A stretch of 64,000 nt of DNA, taken from the human T2T-CHM13v2.0 reference genome, Homo sapiens. The notes beneath the pieces are model-generated. The model saw only the letters and a list, made by a program, of their open reading frames with translations, did no database searches and had not been told where the DNA came from. Of the stretch, positions 18,690 through 32,814 are shown in pieces (position 1 is the first letter of the stretch; each line of letters starts with the position of its first letter). Location: NCBI RefSeq assembly GCF_009914755.1, contig NC_060946.1. One strand, 5' to 3'. The position numbers and the translations under genes are program-made.

Positions 18690-20114
18690 CCCACTTAAAT
18701 TAGCCATCCATTTTATGAATTAGAAAACTGAAGTATTCAGATGTTACACAACTCATAAAGTCACTCGATGAGTAACGGGTGAACAGTATCTCACCCTGGG
18801 CCTGCCTGTTTCACATCCAGCACTCTTTCTAATACCCTAACCGATTACTACCAGAGTGGCTAGTGTGAATCACCTACCCTAGGCTAACAATGCACAACAT
18901 GAAAGGAATCAAGACAGGAAGAAACCCAGTGCCTGGTTTCTACAGACCTCTGACAAGTTTAAAAAAGAAACAAACAAAACTGTAAAACCCATGTGTAGTG
19001 ATCACAGGGCCAACTGGAGGGGAAAAAAAACATAATTTGTTCATTTACAAATACTTTTAAGCTGCTTGTCAAACAAAATGAGTTTGTCTGCCAGATGAGA
19101 TCTCAATTTTCTAAGTTCATTAGCAGCTGATGAACGGAAAGGGTCACCTGGTGATTTCATAATTTGGCCCTGAATCTTGTCAAAGCCACTTAAAAAAAAA
19201 TTCCAAGCTGTCAAGAGAGAAAGGAAATGCCATTTTATCTAATTTGTGCACTATTTCTGTGCAAACAAGGGGTAGATATTTAGACATGCTGTATTAAGTT
19301 GCCATAACCAGGGCAGGGTGGTAAAAAAATAAAAAGGAGAAGAGGCAGGACTGTTTAAAATGCACAGTACCAGAAGCCACAGGCAGCACTAAATTGCCTG
19401 GAGGCCAAGTCTGACAGCATCTTTATTATTTTTATTTTTTTAATCCTGTAGGTAGCAAAAACATGCTTCTAAATTACAAAAATTCCTCAAGAAGTACATT
19501 GTCTTTTGGGCATAAGTAGGGCACAGTATTCAGGTGCTGGGAAGACAGGGAAGGTGGCTTTCCAAGTTCTAATAAGGCCCTTCTTAGAAGAAAAAGGCTC
19601 TTATTTTTACTATACATTCATTTTATACTGCAAAGGAGCACCAAAGTTCTTATTCAAGCATATTAATTGGAAAAAAGCATCCCCAATATATTCTCTCCAA
19701 ATTGCTCCACCAGGAGCTATCAAAGTGAGATTCAATATTGCTACTCCCAAAAGGCACTTCTCTTTTGAGGAATTAATTAGATTTGGTCCCTGGAATTCCA
19801 TCTCAGCCTCTCCAAAGCTGAGACAGGTTACCTGGGAAAGGGTGGACTCTTCTCTCCAAGAGATAGGAAACAGTACAAAATATTCCAACCTTATAAAGAG
19901 GTGCCTCAGAAGGAGGTTGGGGACCTCTCTCTCTCCCTACTCCCTCCAGAGGGTCTCCGAGAATTCTCCTCCCTTCAGAGCCTCCCCTCCTGAGGGGGTC
20001 CCCTGGCATTTCCCTCAGGTCTCACTCAGCTTAATTCTCACATCCTTGAAGAGCCTTCCTCAGTACCAAATACCTGTCCTGCCTATAACACCATTACAGC
20101 TTAACAGTAAGATA

Positions 20115-20422
20115 GGCTGGGCGCAGTGGCTCACGCCTGTAATCCCAGCACTTTGGGAGGCCAAGGTGGGCGGATCACCAGGTCAGGAGTTCGAGACCAG
20201 CCTGGCCAATATAGTGAAACTCCGTCTCTACTAAAAAATACAAAAATTAGCCAGGCGTGGTGGCGCCTGCCTGTAGTCCCAGCTACTCAGGAGGCTGAGG
20301 CAGGAGAATCACTGGAACCCGGGAAGCAGAGGTTGAAGTGAGGCGAAATTGTGCCACTGCACTCCAGCCTGGGTGACAGAGTGAGACTCCATCTCAAAAA
20401 AAAAAAAAAAAAGAAAGAAAAA
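20115..20422 (+). mobile_element. AluSg-type
   Basis: Full Alu; TSD agtaagata. Confidence 0.93.
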
Positions 20423-21445
20423 GTAAGATAATGGTACACATGCACTGTAATAGGTCTTCCCTCTCAGAATGTTTTGCTTCATTCCACGTTAAGTGAATGG
20501 CATGCTATACTTCCACGTAACAGCTGGTATTATCTTCTACCCAATTTCAAGCAGGAACTAGAAAAGATCTTTGAGACTTCTGATTTGCTGGTTAACCTAA
20601 ACCTCTGGAAAAGCACTGGAGAGGCAAGTTTTACAGAATATGGGGCACTAGTTAGACTGGTGACCTTATTCTCAGTGGTGATGTTATTGTCCCTGGCAAT
20701 AAGTGAGTGCACTGATCAGGACATTTTCCCTACGCTCCTCCTACCAAGACAGGATCTTCATGGGTGATATCTCAATATTGTTCTGAAACAGCTTTTAATT
20801 TCCAGAATTTCAGATTTCTACATTTGACACCTGATATAAAATAATATTTCAAAAGCAAATAAAGGTGATTTTATGACCAGTCCTGCCTCCAAACTATCTT
20901 CCTTCCAAGTCAACTCCAAAGTCTTCTTCCAGACCCCATTCACCACAGGCTTTCTGCATGAAGCCGTTCCCAACATGTTGCACTCAGCTCAATCAGAATG
21001 AGAAAAATCAAATATTTACATCAGCCTTAAAAATCTTCATCTCTCAGTTCAAAAGAACTTAGTGAGAAAGTTACCCCCTCCCTTGACAATTCTTCTAATG
21101 CATTCCAGGCAAGCCTCAATACACTGTTAGTGTGTCCTTACAGCCCTTCAACACTTGGTAAGAAGGAACTGAGAGTTTCCATTCAGATAGCTTTTGGCTA
21201 GTAGCAGCATCTAGCCAGACTTGAACATGGTTTAGTTCCTGTGGTTCCCTGCTATTTATAGAGAATGACATAAACTTCTTAATATCTTTAATGTATTTAA
21301 GTAAATAACAAGGTCTTAAGAAGATGTGGCCAAACACTATAAAGGGATATGAGGATGACAGAGTTCATGAAACCCTGCCCAGTAAAGTCCAGGAGGCCAG
21401 AGACCAAGCATCCAGCTGGTTCTCAGCTATGTCCACCATACTTGG

Positions 21446-23745
21446 TATTATTTGTTGGCTGTGTCCTCAACCAAATCTTACCTTGAATTGTAATAATCCC
21501 CACATGTCATGGGCAGGGCCAGGTGGAGATAAGTGAATCATGGGGTCGGTTTTCCCCATACTGTGCTCGTGGTAGTGAATAAGTTTCATGAGATCCGATG
21601 GTTTTATAAAAAAGGGCATTCCCCTGCACAAGCTTTCTTGCCTGCTGCCATGTAAGACGTGCCTTTGCTTCTCCTTTGCCTTCCCAGCCATGTGGAACTG
21701 TGAGTCCATTAAACTTATTTCCCTTATAAATTACCCAGTCTTGGGTGTATCTTTATTAGCAGTGTGAGAACAGATGAATACAGTTAATTGGTATCAGAAG
21801 TGGGGTGCTGCAATAAAGATACCCAAAAAATGTGGAAGGAACTTTGGAACTGAGTAACAGGCAGAGGTTGGAACAGTTTGGAGGGCTCAGAAGAGGACAG
21901 GAAGATGTGGGAAGTTTTGAACTTCCTAGAAACTTGTTCAATGGCTTGGACCGAAATGCTGACAGTGATATGGACAATGAAGTCCAGGTTAAGGTGGTCT
22001 CAGATGGAGATAAGAAACTTGTTGGGAACTGGAATAAAGGTGACTCTTGCTAGGTTTTAGCAAAAAGACTGGTGACATTTTGCCCCTGCCCTAGAGATTT
22101 GTAGAAACTTGAACTTGAGAGAGAAGATTGAGAGAGATGATTTAGGGCATCTGGCAGAAGAAATTTCTAAACAGCAAAGCGTTCAAGAGGTGACTTGGGT
22201 GCTGTTAAAAGCATTCAGTTTTAAGTATTCACAAAGATATGGTTTGGAATTGGAATTTATGTTTACAAGAGAAGCAAAGCATAAAAGTTTTGAAAATCTG
22301 CAGCCTGATAATGCAATAGAAAAGAAAAACCCTTTTTCTGATAAGAAATTCAAGCCTGCTGCAGAAATTTGCCTAAGTAATGAGGAGCCAAATGTTAATT
22401 GCCAAGACAATGAGGAAAATGTCTCCAGGGCAAGTCAGAGGTCTTCACAGCAGCCCCTCACATCACAGGCTTGGAGGCCTAGGAGGAAAAAATGGTTTCG
22501 TGGGTCAGGCCCAGGGCCTTGCTGCTTTCTGCTGTCTCAGGACTTGGTGCCCTGTGTCCCAGCCGTGGCTAAAAGGAGCCAACATAGAGCTCAGGCCATT
22601 GCTTCGGAGGGTGCAAGGCTGAAGCCTTGGTGGCTTCCACATGCTGTTGGGCCTGGGGGTAAAGAGAAGTCAATAATTGAGATTTGGGAACCCCTGCCTG
22701 GATTTCACAGGATGTATGGAAATGCCTGGATGTCCAGGCAGATGTCTGCTACAGGGGCAGAGCCTTCATAGAGAACCTCTGCTAGGACAGTGTGGAATGG
22801 AAATGTGGGGTTGGATCCCCCACACAGAGTGCCCACTGGGGCACTGCCTAGTGGAGCTGTGAGAAGAGGGCCACTGTCCTTTAGACCCTAGAATGGTAGA
22901 TCCAGCAACAGCTTGCACCAAGCCTCAGGCACTCAACACCAGCCTGTGAAAGCAGCCAGGATGGGGGCTGTACCCTGCAAAGTCACAGGGGTAGAGCTAC
23001 CCAACTCCATGGGAGCCCACCTCTTGCATCAGCATGACCTAGAGGATGTGAGACATGGAATCAAAGGAAATCACTTCGGAGCTTTAAGATTTAACTGCCC
23101 CATATGATTTCGGACATACACAGGGCCTGTAGTTCCTTCATTTTGGCCAATGTCTCCAATTTGGAATGGGAATTTTTACCCAAGCCCTGTACTCCCATTG
23201 TATCTAGGAAGTAACTAACTTGCTTTTGATTTTACAGGCTTATAGGTGGAAGAGACTAGCCTTGTCTCAGATGAGACTTTGGACTGTGGACTTTTGAGTT
23301 AATGCTGAAATGAGTTGAGACTTTGGGGGACTGTTGGGAAGGCATAATTGGTTTTGAAATGAGAGAACACGAGATTTGGGAGGGGCTGAGGGCAGAATGA
23401 TATGGTTTGGCTGTGTCCCCAAAACTCCCCTTGAATTGTAATAATCCCCACACATCAAGGGCGGCACTAGGTGGAGATAACTGAATCATGGGGGTTTCCC
23501 TCATACTGTTTTCATGGTAGTGAATAAGTCTTATGAGATCTGAGAATTTTACAAATGGGAGTTCCCCTGCACAACCTCTCTTTCCTGCCACCATGTAAGA
23601 CATGACTTTGCTGTTCATTCACCTTCTGCCATGATTGTGAGGCCTGCCCAGCCATGTGAACTGTGAGTCCATTAAACCTTTTTCCTTTATAAATTACCCA
23701 CTGTCCAGTATGTCTTTATTAGCAGCGTGAGAACATGCTAATACA
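21446..23745 (+). mobile_element. Full-length THE1B MaLR element (5' LTR 21446-21782, internal 21783-23397, 3' LTR 23398-23745)
   Basis: Two ~340-bp direct LTRs (tggctgtgtcc...ccttgaattgtaataatcccca...aataca) around THE1-int sequence (aattggta.cagaagtggggtgctg...; PPT-like tttgggaggggc before the 3' LTR); 5-bp TSD cttgg/cctgg. Confidence 0.93.
22109..22771 (+). pseudogene. Decayed MaLR internal ORF remnant (220 codons open)
   Basis: Lies entirely within THE1-int; LAEEISKQQSVQEVTWVLLKAF and ENLQPDNAIEKKNPFS are typical THE1-int translations. Confidence 0.7.
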
Positions 23746-25259
23746 CCTGGCATAGCAACTGACACCCAGTAGCCCCTCAATAACTATTGTGAAGGGAAAC
23801 TGGCCTACACTGAATCATCCAAGGATACAGCAGGAATTTAAACCAATTTTTTTTTCTTTAAGTCCAAAATATTTTTAACTCTAGAACTCTACACTCAACC
23901 ACTTCAAAAGCCAATATATATTTGTTAAGTGAATAAAAGAAAACTAAGATGGTTCTTTTCCTTGAGGTATTTATAACTCAACAGAAATACTTACAATTCA
24001 TACTGCTTAGAGATTTCCATCTATCTTTTTGCCTTCAGATATATGATGAAAGACCAGGCTATGCCTCTCCGGAAGCTGACCAAAGTTTAAATGTATCCTA
24101 CCTGTCACAAAGATTGAAAAACTCCGCATCCAGAGCATCTACTAATCTGACATGCCAACTTCTCAAGTTCTACAAAATATAAGATATAACTGACATGTAC
24201 ATCTAAAAGCTCTGTTGAATTTTGTTTTCACAGCAATACATACCAAGAATATTTATTTAGATAACTTCAGAAGTTTCAATCCTTTTTTTATTTTGTTTTT
24301 GCTTTAAAAGGCCCACAAGCACATATCCTTTCAAGGTGAACACCAGGTAAATTCTACCAAAAACAACGGCAGTAACTTTTCATTTTACCTACCACAAACA
24401 CAAATTTCTTAAGAGAATATAAAGGATAGATGGTCTGTTTTATAACTTGTACTAGTTATAAAGAAAAGCCTTCTAAATGAAGAATGAAAACTTTATTCTA
24501 TAAGTAAATGAGAAAAGCTCATGAGCGAGATAAATCATTAAAATTAAAATGTCTTTGTGCTGTACACTGGAAAGGCTGTAGCCACCTTTAAACTTTCCCC
24601 AGGAAGTTTAGGAATGGTGAGCATGTCTGCGTAGTATCCTTATGGCTGGCCAAAAAAATTAAAAAAGAAGAACAAAGAGCAGTCTCAAGAATTAAAAAAG
24701 CATGATCCTTTGGGGCCGTATACCCTAGGAGTAAACTCTTCTGCACAACTCAGTAATTTCCATGGATTATAATATGGCACAAAGGGGAACTGAGTCATAT
24801 TACAAAAAAATTTAATTATTTTCAGTCTTTTCTGTTTGCAAAGGAAGAAAAATACTAGCTTAGAACATTTTCCACAAAATCATTATGCCTCTTTGGTTTC
24901 ATTTTGTGTTTAGAAATGTTGCTGCCTAAAGGGAAAAGTGCCACTTCATCTGAAAATTCATTTGTATGGAATATCTCACTGCTAACAATGCCTTATCATT
25001 AGGTTATTGGGCACTTTATGGATAAATTTCTGTTGGAAAAATGCTGCTAAAGAGCAGAGATTATTATATAGAAATCATTATAGACTTTCATTATGGAAGC
25101 CAAGCCAAAGGCTTACTACTTCTATGACCACCAGCACTAGTGCTACCACTATTACTGCCAGCACTAGTGCCATTGCTACTCATATTACTACTCACAACTA
25201 CCACCATCATCCTAGGAAAAATACTCTAAGTCTTGTGTCCAAGGGAAAAACAAATTTTT

Positions 25260-25480
25260 ATGTGTCTTATTTGTGAAGTGCATACTGCATGCTAAGACAG
25301 GCACTTGATAACATTACCTCGTTTACTACTCACAACAGCCCCACAGGGTAGGCTTTTTTATTATCTGTTCCCTTTTCTATGTGAGAAATAGATGCCCAGA
25401 GAGCCTAAATGCAGAGCCTCAGAGTCCAGGAGCACTTAGCAGCAGAACCAGTGTTCAGACTCAGAGACGTCAATTCGGTA
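25260..25480 (-). mobile_element. MIR fragment
   Basis: ttactactcacaacagcccc...gtaggc...ttattatc...gagaaatagatgcccagagag. Confidence 0.55.
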
Positions 25481-25532
25481 AAACAGAACGCACTATGGCC
25501 ACAGACAACCTAGGATTATACTTGTTAGGAGG

Positions 25533-25907
25533 TGATATGCTTTGGCTGTGTCCCCACCCAAATCTCATCTTGAACTGTAGTTCCCATAATCCCCACATGT
25601 CATGGGAGGGACCTGTTAGGACGTAATCAAATCACAAGGGGTGGTTACCCCCATGCTATTCTCGTGATAATGAGTGTGTCTCAGGAGTTCTGATGGTTTT
25701 ATAAGTGTCTGGCATTTTCCCTGCTGGTACTTCTCCTTGCTCCCGCCATGTGAAGAAGGATGTGCTTGCTTCCCCTTCCACCATGACTGTAAGTTTCCTG
25801 AGGCCTCCCCAGTGATGCTGAACTGTGAATCAATTAAACCTCTTTCCTTTATAAACTGCACAGTCTGGGGTATGTCTTTATTAGCAGCATGAGAATGAAC
25901 TAACACA
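25533..25907 (+). mobile_element. THE1C/D-type solo LTR
   Basis: tgatatgctttggctgtgtccccacccaaatctcatcttgaa ... taacaca; perfect TSD GGAGG. Confidence 0.93.
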
Positions 25908-27939
25908 GGAGGGCAAGGTCTAACCAGGAAAATCTGTTACTAGGAAACCCCTAAGAGGGCAGGATATTGGGGAATCAGAAAATAATGAGGCATCTTTCAT
26001 TTCCTAAAGACAACGTTACAAACCAGAATAATCAAGTCACATATTCAAAACAAAAAAAAACAAAGCACAGAAGCAAAAAAACACAAGTTTTGAAACTCTT
26101 CCTCCATAGGAAATGTAGGAGTTCCCAAGCCCTCACCTAGTAGCATCCACATCCTCCTTTCTCTCCCCCATTCTTAGCCAAGATTTTCAAATTACTCAGG
26201 AGAAAACAGACCCCTTTCTCACTGTGTTCAGGGACTTCCCCAAAACCCCAGCCACGGGAAAAAGAAAGGAGAAGGTGGGGCCAGGGGAGGGGCTAAAGAA
26301 GACACTGACATTGAGCACCTCTTCTAGACCAAGTACCATCTCCTTTAATATCCACAAACAGCTTTCCACCCAAACAGCGAAAGCTGCTGAGCGTGCCCAG
26401 AGGAGGAGACGGAGGCAGGGAGTTCCACGACTGGCCATGCTGCAGCGAGCAGTGCCATGAAGATTTATGAGATGTTTACCACACTCCTACAGCATCGCAC
26501 AGGATAAGTGTTCAATGTGGCATTATTATTCACATTAGCAATCCAAAGAAGAGCTGAAAAACATGTTCTGAAACTTTAAAATGTCAGTCTCTCTCTCATC
26601 ACCCTGGATCACAACGGGGCTGTCAATTTTAAAAATATCACGGCTGGAGGAGAAAAGGAAACAGCCAACCACCCCACATCTGATAAAAGATACTAGACTT
26701 TTCCAGGCTTCAATGAGGAAGGACAAAATCAGTCTCCGCTCCCACCTGGCATACATAATGCCCACCAGGACTGAGTGGGAGATAATCGTCTGAAACAGGG
26801 AGCAGCAGCTTCCAACAGCTCCCCCATGTTTACTGAAATGAGGCCTTAACTCTAGTTTTATTTATTGCAAATCCATTTAGGAAATGAAAGGTTCAAATGT
26901 CCAATTCCCACTCCCAAACCTGAAACCCGGCACAGGCTGTGAGAAGTGAGGAATATTGCTTCTTTTCTCAGGAGAACAGCTTTTATTCCAGAATACGGAT
27001 AGCTACTGTCACTTCCAGAGTCCCTCCTACCTCCCGCAAGAACACAGGAAAAATCCTTCTCCCTAAATAGAACTTTTTCCAGCTCCTCTCTTAAGCTATG
27101 TGGTATGTGTAGCTTCATCACTGCAGATCTCTGTTTTCTCAAATAAGGCAAGCACCCCCCAACTTTTTTTTTTTCATAAGAATCTGTCCTCTTATTGCCT
27201 CTCTGTCATAATCATACAAAGAGGGGGTGGTGTGAGAATCTCTTGCTTTCATGCAAATGGATCTAAAAATAAAAGAAAACTAATAAAGAAGGAATTGATA
27301 ACCATAATTTTTTTTTCCAAAAGAATATGTTTTCATTTGTAAGTTTTCTATAGAGCCTCTGTCTCCTACAACTGCAGGGAAAATAAAGTTTATTAATGTT
27401 GAGGGGAAAACAGGGCCTGTATATTGCAAGGCTGCAAGCATGAAGATGGTAAGTTTATGCTAGATGGGATGCCCAACCCCCAAACTCACATATCCAGAAG
27501 CTTCCCAGGACCCACATTCAAGTCTGCGACGTATGTAGTTGGGCCCCATGTGTCTGTGCATATAATTTGTGAATAATTTGCAAATGCTGGTGGAGACTGT
27601 GCAGCCGTCTTTTCCCAAACACTAGACCACAAAAGATGGTGTCTGAGTCTGATTCTTCTCAGGAGGGAGGGAAGAAAGAAGGGAACCCTGAGATCGCCCA
27701 GACACCACCAATCCCAGGTGGGCCCCAAGGGCTCAGGCTGGGGCATGGAGTACCTCTGCCCACAGAACTTGTTTTTAAAGCCAGAACTGCTCTCGAAGAG
27801 GAGCAAGAAGGCAGCAAATACCAGAAGCCAGGCAACTGTCAGGGTGAAGAGCCTGGCCTCTTCAGACAGACCAGAGTTCCAACCCCAGTCTATCCTTTTA
27901 CTGCTGTGTGGCCTTGGACAAGTGGCACAAATTCTCTAA

Positions 27940-28287
<348 letters not shown>

Positions 28288-28861
28288 TAAAATGGGACAA
28301 TTTCAAGAGTAAAAAGGAACACTATTCATATAAAATGAGGCCAAACTCCCTCAGAGGATGCTTGAAGTGAGACTGCGTCAGCATTGTTTTCCTTTACCTT
28401 CAGCATGTCATAGGACTCAATGAATGGTAAGAGTTGTTGCTGATCCTATTTTAAGAGAACTAGTCTTTAAAGAGGTTTGAATTCAGTCTCCGTCTTTGTA
28501 AACTGTGTAATCTGGTATAAATTAATCCTAAAACCCAATTTCATCTAAAAAGTAGGAGTAGGATAAATACAGTAACAAGTTGTAGGGCTGCTGAAAGCTC
28601 AGCATGGGAGAATTTAAGTACTTAACACTTAGCATAATTGCTGGTATACAGTAAGTATTTCATTAACAGCCATAATAATTACTACCACTACTTACTTATA
28701 TGTAGGTTTACACAGACGCAAATAACTTGATCCTTGCAGCAACCATGACTATATATACACATTAACGGATCTATGTATAAGAAGTTTTAGGAGGGAGAGG
28801 GAGAGAGAGAGACAAAGAGAGAAACACACTAGACATAGTGGTTAAGAATATAGGCTGTGGA

Positions 28862-29377
28862 CCATCCCATTACTGAGTATATACCCAAAGGACTATAAAT
28901 CATGCTGCTATAAAGACACATGCGCACGTATGTTTACTGCGGCACTATTCACAATAGCAAAGACTTGGAACCAACCCAAATGTCCATCAATGATAGACTG
29001 GATTAAGAAAATGTAGCACACATACACCATGGAATACTATGCAGCCCTAAAAAAGGATGCGTTCAGGGACGTGGATGAAGCTAGAAACCATCATTCTCAG
29101 CAAACTATTGCAAGGACAGAAAACCAAACACTGTACATTCTCACTCATAGGTGGGAATTGAACAATAAGAACACTTGGACACAGGGTGGGGAACATCACA
29201 CACTGGGGTCTGTCGTGGGGTGGGGGGAGGTGGGAGTGATAGCATTAGGAGATATACCTAATATAAGTGACGAGTTAACGGGTGCAGCACACCAAAATGG
29301 CACATGTATACATATGTAACAAACCTGCACATTGTGCACATGTACCCTAAAACTTAAAGTATTAAAAAAAAAAAAAA
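28862..29377 (+). mobile_element. 5'-truncated L1PA (about L1PA4-6) 3' end inserted in a MIR
   Basis: L1 ORF2 end and 3'UTR (ggaatactatgcagcc, ctcactcataggtgggaattgaaca, tgtaccctaaaacttaaagtat) plus poly(A); 18-bp TSD aagaa(t/c)ataggctgtgga at 28844-28861 and 29376-29393. Confidence 0.95.
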
Positions 29378-30134
29378 GAACATAGGCTGTGGAGCCAGAG
29401 ACTACCTGGGTTCAAATCCCACCTTTGCTATTTCTAAACTGACTTGATGCAAGTCAATTGACATCTCTGGGCCTCAGTTTCTTCATGTGTAAAATGTGGC
29501 ATTTGTATGTACCTCACAGGAGTTCTGAAGTTTAAATAACCTAATCAAGGCATAATAATTAAAACAAATTAAGAGTTTGAGTATTACTCGGGTATACATC
29601 CATACACATACATACTCAAAGTAGCTAATTTAACATGTCATCAGCCCTTTTTCTAAGAGTTGGTTTCAACGAGAAGTGGAGAATACGCAGCTAGGGATTC
29701 AGAATATCAGAAAAGAGGAAGGCAGACAGAGTTTGGAGAGAAGGCTGCACCACTGACCAGCGTCGCCGACTTCTGACTGGGAGGACACCAGGCAAAGCCA
29801 CTAGAGAAATGAACCTCTTTTGAGCCCCCGCTAGACTCAAATTCCCAGGGAAAACAAAAAAGAGAGAAACACCCAAAATAATCCAGAAGACTCGTAAGAA
29901 AAGCAAAATATAAATCTTTAAAAAATCAATCAAAGAAGGACATGGGTCAGAAACATTATTTTCCAAGTAAAATTATCCCACCAAAAGCACCATACCAACA
30001 CACCATTAAAGAAACTGCAGAAAGAAAACAGCAAAGTCCCTCTTGTGGAAGACCTTGGAAAATGCAAAGAAACAGAGCCAGGTGGAGGAGGAGGGGAGAT
30101 TTTTACCTTAAAGGTGACACAGTAAGACTTGGGC

Positions 30135-30430
30135 TTTTTTTTTTTTTTTTTTTTTTCCCCTGAGATGGGATGTCGCTCCGTCTCCTAGGCTGGAGATCTC
30201 AGCTCACTGCAGCCTCCGCCTCCCTGGTTCAAGCAATTCTCCTACCCTAGCCTCCCGAGTAGCTGGGATTACAGGGGCACACCACCACACTTGGCTAATT
30301 TTTGCATTGTTAGTAGAGACAAGGTTCACCAAGTTTGCCAGGCTGGTCTTGAACTCCTGACCTCAAGTGATCCGCCTGCCTCAGCCTCCCAAAGTGCTAG
30401 GATCACAGGCGTGAGCCACCATGCCTGGCC
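30135..30430 (-). mobile_element. Alu (Sz/Jb-like)
   Basis: Reverse Alu; TSD agacttgggct. Confidence 0.93.
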
Positions 30431-30829
30431 AGACTTGGGCTCTTTTAAAAGCATCTCCAAAGTTGTTAATTAAAGAGAGTGGGAGCTTGGCAAAGAACAT
30501 CGGGGACAGAAGAGGGTGATGGACCCGTGAATGGCTAGGTATGTAAGTTGGCACAGAAGCAAGCAGAGGAAAAAGACAAGAAGGGGGCACCCCTCCAGCC
30601 AGTTCATTCGCCTTCCCTAGCCTGCACCTCCTCCCTTCTCAGCTCCCCTTCACCAAGCCCTTAGCTCCACCTTTCTCTGCCTTTGGGCATTGTTGACAGG
30701 TATTTTCTCCTCTTTCTTCTTCCCAAAACGATCTAGGGTGTCCAGAAGTCTGGGTCTGGGGAGGTATCCCACCATCCCAAATTTTACAGATGGTTGTGTA
30801 AAACCATCGTGTTAACCTACACAACCAGT

Positions 30830-31121
30830 ACAATCAAAGCTCCCTTGCCATAGTGACTGATTCCAATGGGCATGAGCCAGAGTTACTCCAATGATGGAGG
30901 AGCCAACGGTGGTTGGAGGCAGAGGAGAAGCACATGGAAGAGGACAGAGCCTAGGAAACCGCAGGAGACAAGTGACAGCCCTGACCAATCTCCCCTAAGC
31001 TGGTTCTGCCTCTGGAGTTCTCAGTTATGGCAAACTTCCAGTATATTCCCTCACCTGCATAAGCCAGTTTGTAGAGTCTGCTTCTCACAACCAAAGGCAC
31101 AAAGGCATCCTAACTGATACA
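30830..31121 (+). mobile_element. Old MLT1-type LTR fragment
   Basis: aagccagtttg...caaccaaa...catcctaactgataca MLT1 3' terminus. Confidence 0.55.
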
Positions 31122-31357
31122 GGCACTTTGAGATCTGGGATCCTCCCTTACTTGCAAAATGGTTCTGAAGATAAACTGATTTTGAGTCTTATCTCAGCTT
31201 TGCCATTTACAACTGTAACCTAACCATCCCTCCTCGCCTCACTCCCATGTGGCTCACCTATAAAATGAGGATCATAATCCTAATGCACAGAGGTGTTGCA
31301 TGAATTACGTAAAGCAATAAATGCTATCGTACCTACACATTAAAGTACCTAGACATT

Positions 31358-31686
<329 letters not shown>

Positions 31687-32814
31687 TGAAGTACCTAGAT
31701 ATTAAAGTACCTAGCAATGTCTGAAATAGTGAGTATAGGTATTACACACATGCACATACTCTGCATTTCCCTCTACAAATAAACATGTATATTACATGAT
31801 GAAATGTACAAGTTAAAAAGGAACACAGTGAAAGCTTCTGGGATCCCGACGGCTTGAAAGGGAGAGCTGACAGAAGGAGCAACCACTGGAGTGCTCACTG
31901 GATGACCACATCCTGCTTTTCTCCATCTTTACCAACACACATGGCTTTTTCGCAACAGGAGTGTTCCACGCTGGCACTGCTGCTCCAAACCCCGGACATA
32001 GGACCTTGACACGTTTTTCAAAGATATGATCTGAAGAGGATGGTGTAATCATTCAGGTCCCTGCACCCCAAGCTCCTTGACACACTGGAAGAATATGCAC
32101 AAAGAAAAACTGGCACCTCACTAGCTTCATTGGGTCCATGACACAGGCTGCAAATGCAGACACCATGACCCCACCCTAAATCTTTCATCCGGAGGAATCC
32201 TCCAGGAGGGCTTTCCGTGCTGCTCTAAAATGGAGCACGAGCACATACATCCTACAGCAAAACCATAAAAATTCTGAATTGGAAGGAACCTTAAAAGTCA
32301 GGCATTTCAGCTTTCCACCCAACACTACTGCATCCCATTAAAAACAACAACACTGTGGACCCTGGCCATCTACAGTATTCAATTTGAGCTTCTGGTGTGC
32401 ATGGATAATTTGGACAATTTTATCTAGTATTATTCCTCCAGATTCCTGGAGTTTCTTTTTCTCCAGGAAGTTACTGATAGCAGCTTGATCCATGCATGGA
32501 TGGAGAGCCAGAGATATGCCTGGTACCTTGCAAAATGTTCTCAGTGGTGGAATATCACGCCAAAGAAACACCTGCAATCCCGTGGGTAGGATGCGAGCCT
32601 ATCCACGTGAAGTTAGACTAAGCATCTGGAGACGGGCATACCACTGCCCACTGTTTGATCAGTTAAGCAGCATTTCTGGAGCCGGGCTATGACCAGGCAC
32701 TGCTGCTGAGAAAACAAAGGCATAATCCATGTGGTGGGGACAAACAAATCTACAACTAACTCCTTAACAAAAAGGGATGGCTGTTTTTGTAAACATATAC
32801 AGATAAGAAACTTC

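Noticed and set aside
18236-18723. Overlapping 130-150 aa Y/I/H/M/C/V-rich ORFs on both strands
   Set aside because: Stop-free by-product of the TA/CA/TG simple repeat
19506-20234. Longest ORF (242 aa, +)
   Set aside because: Non-ATG start, no recognisable domain or splice structure, and it ends inside an Alu
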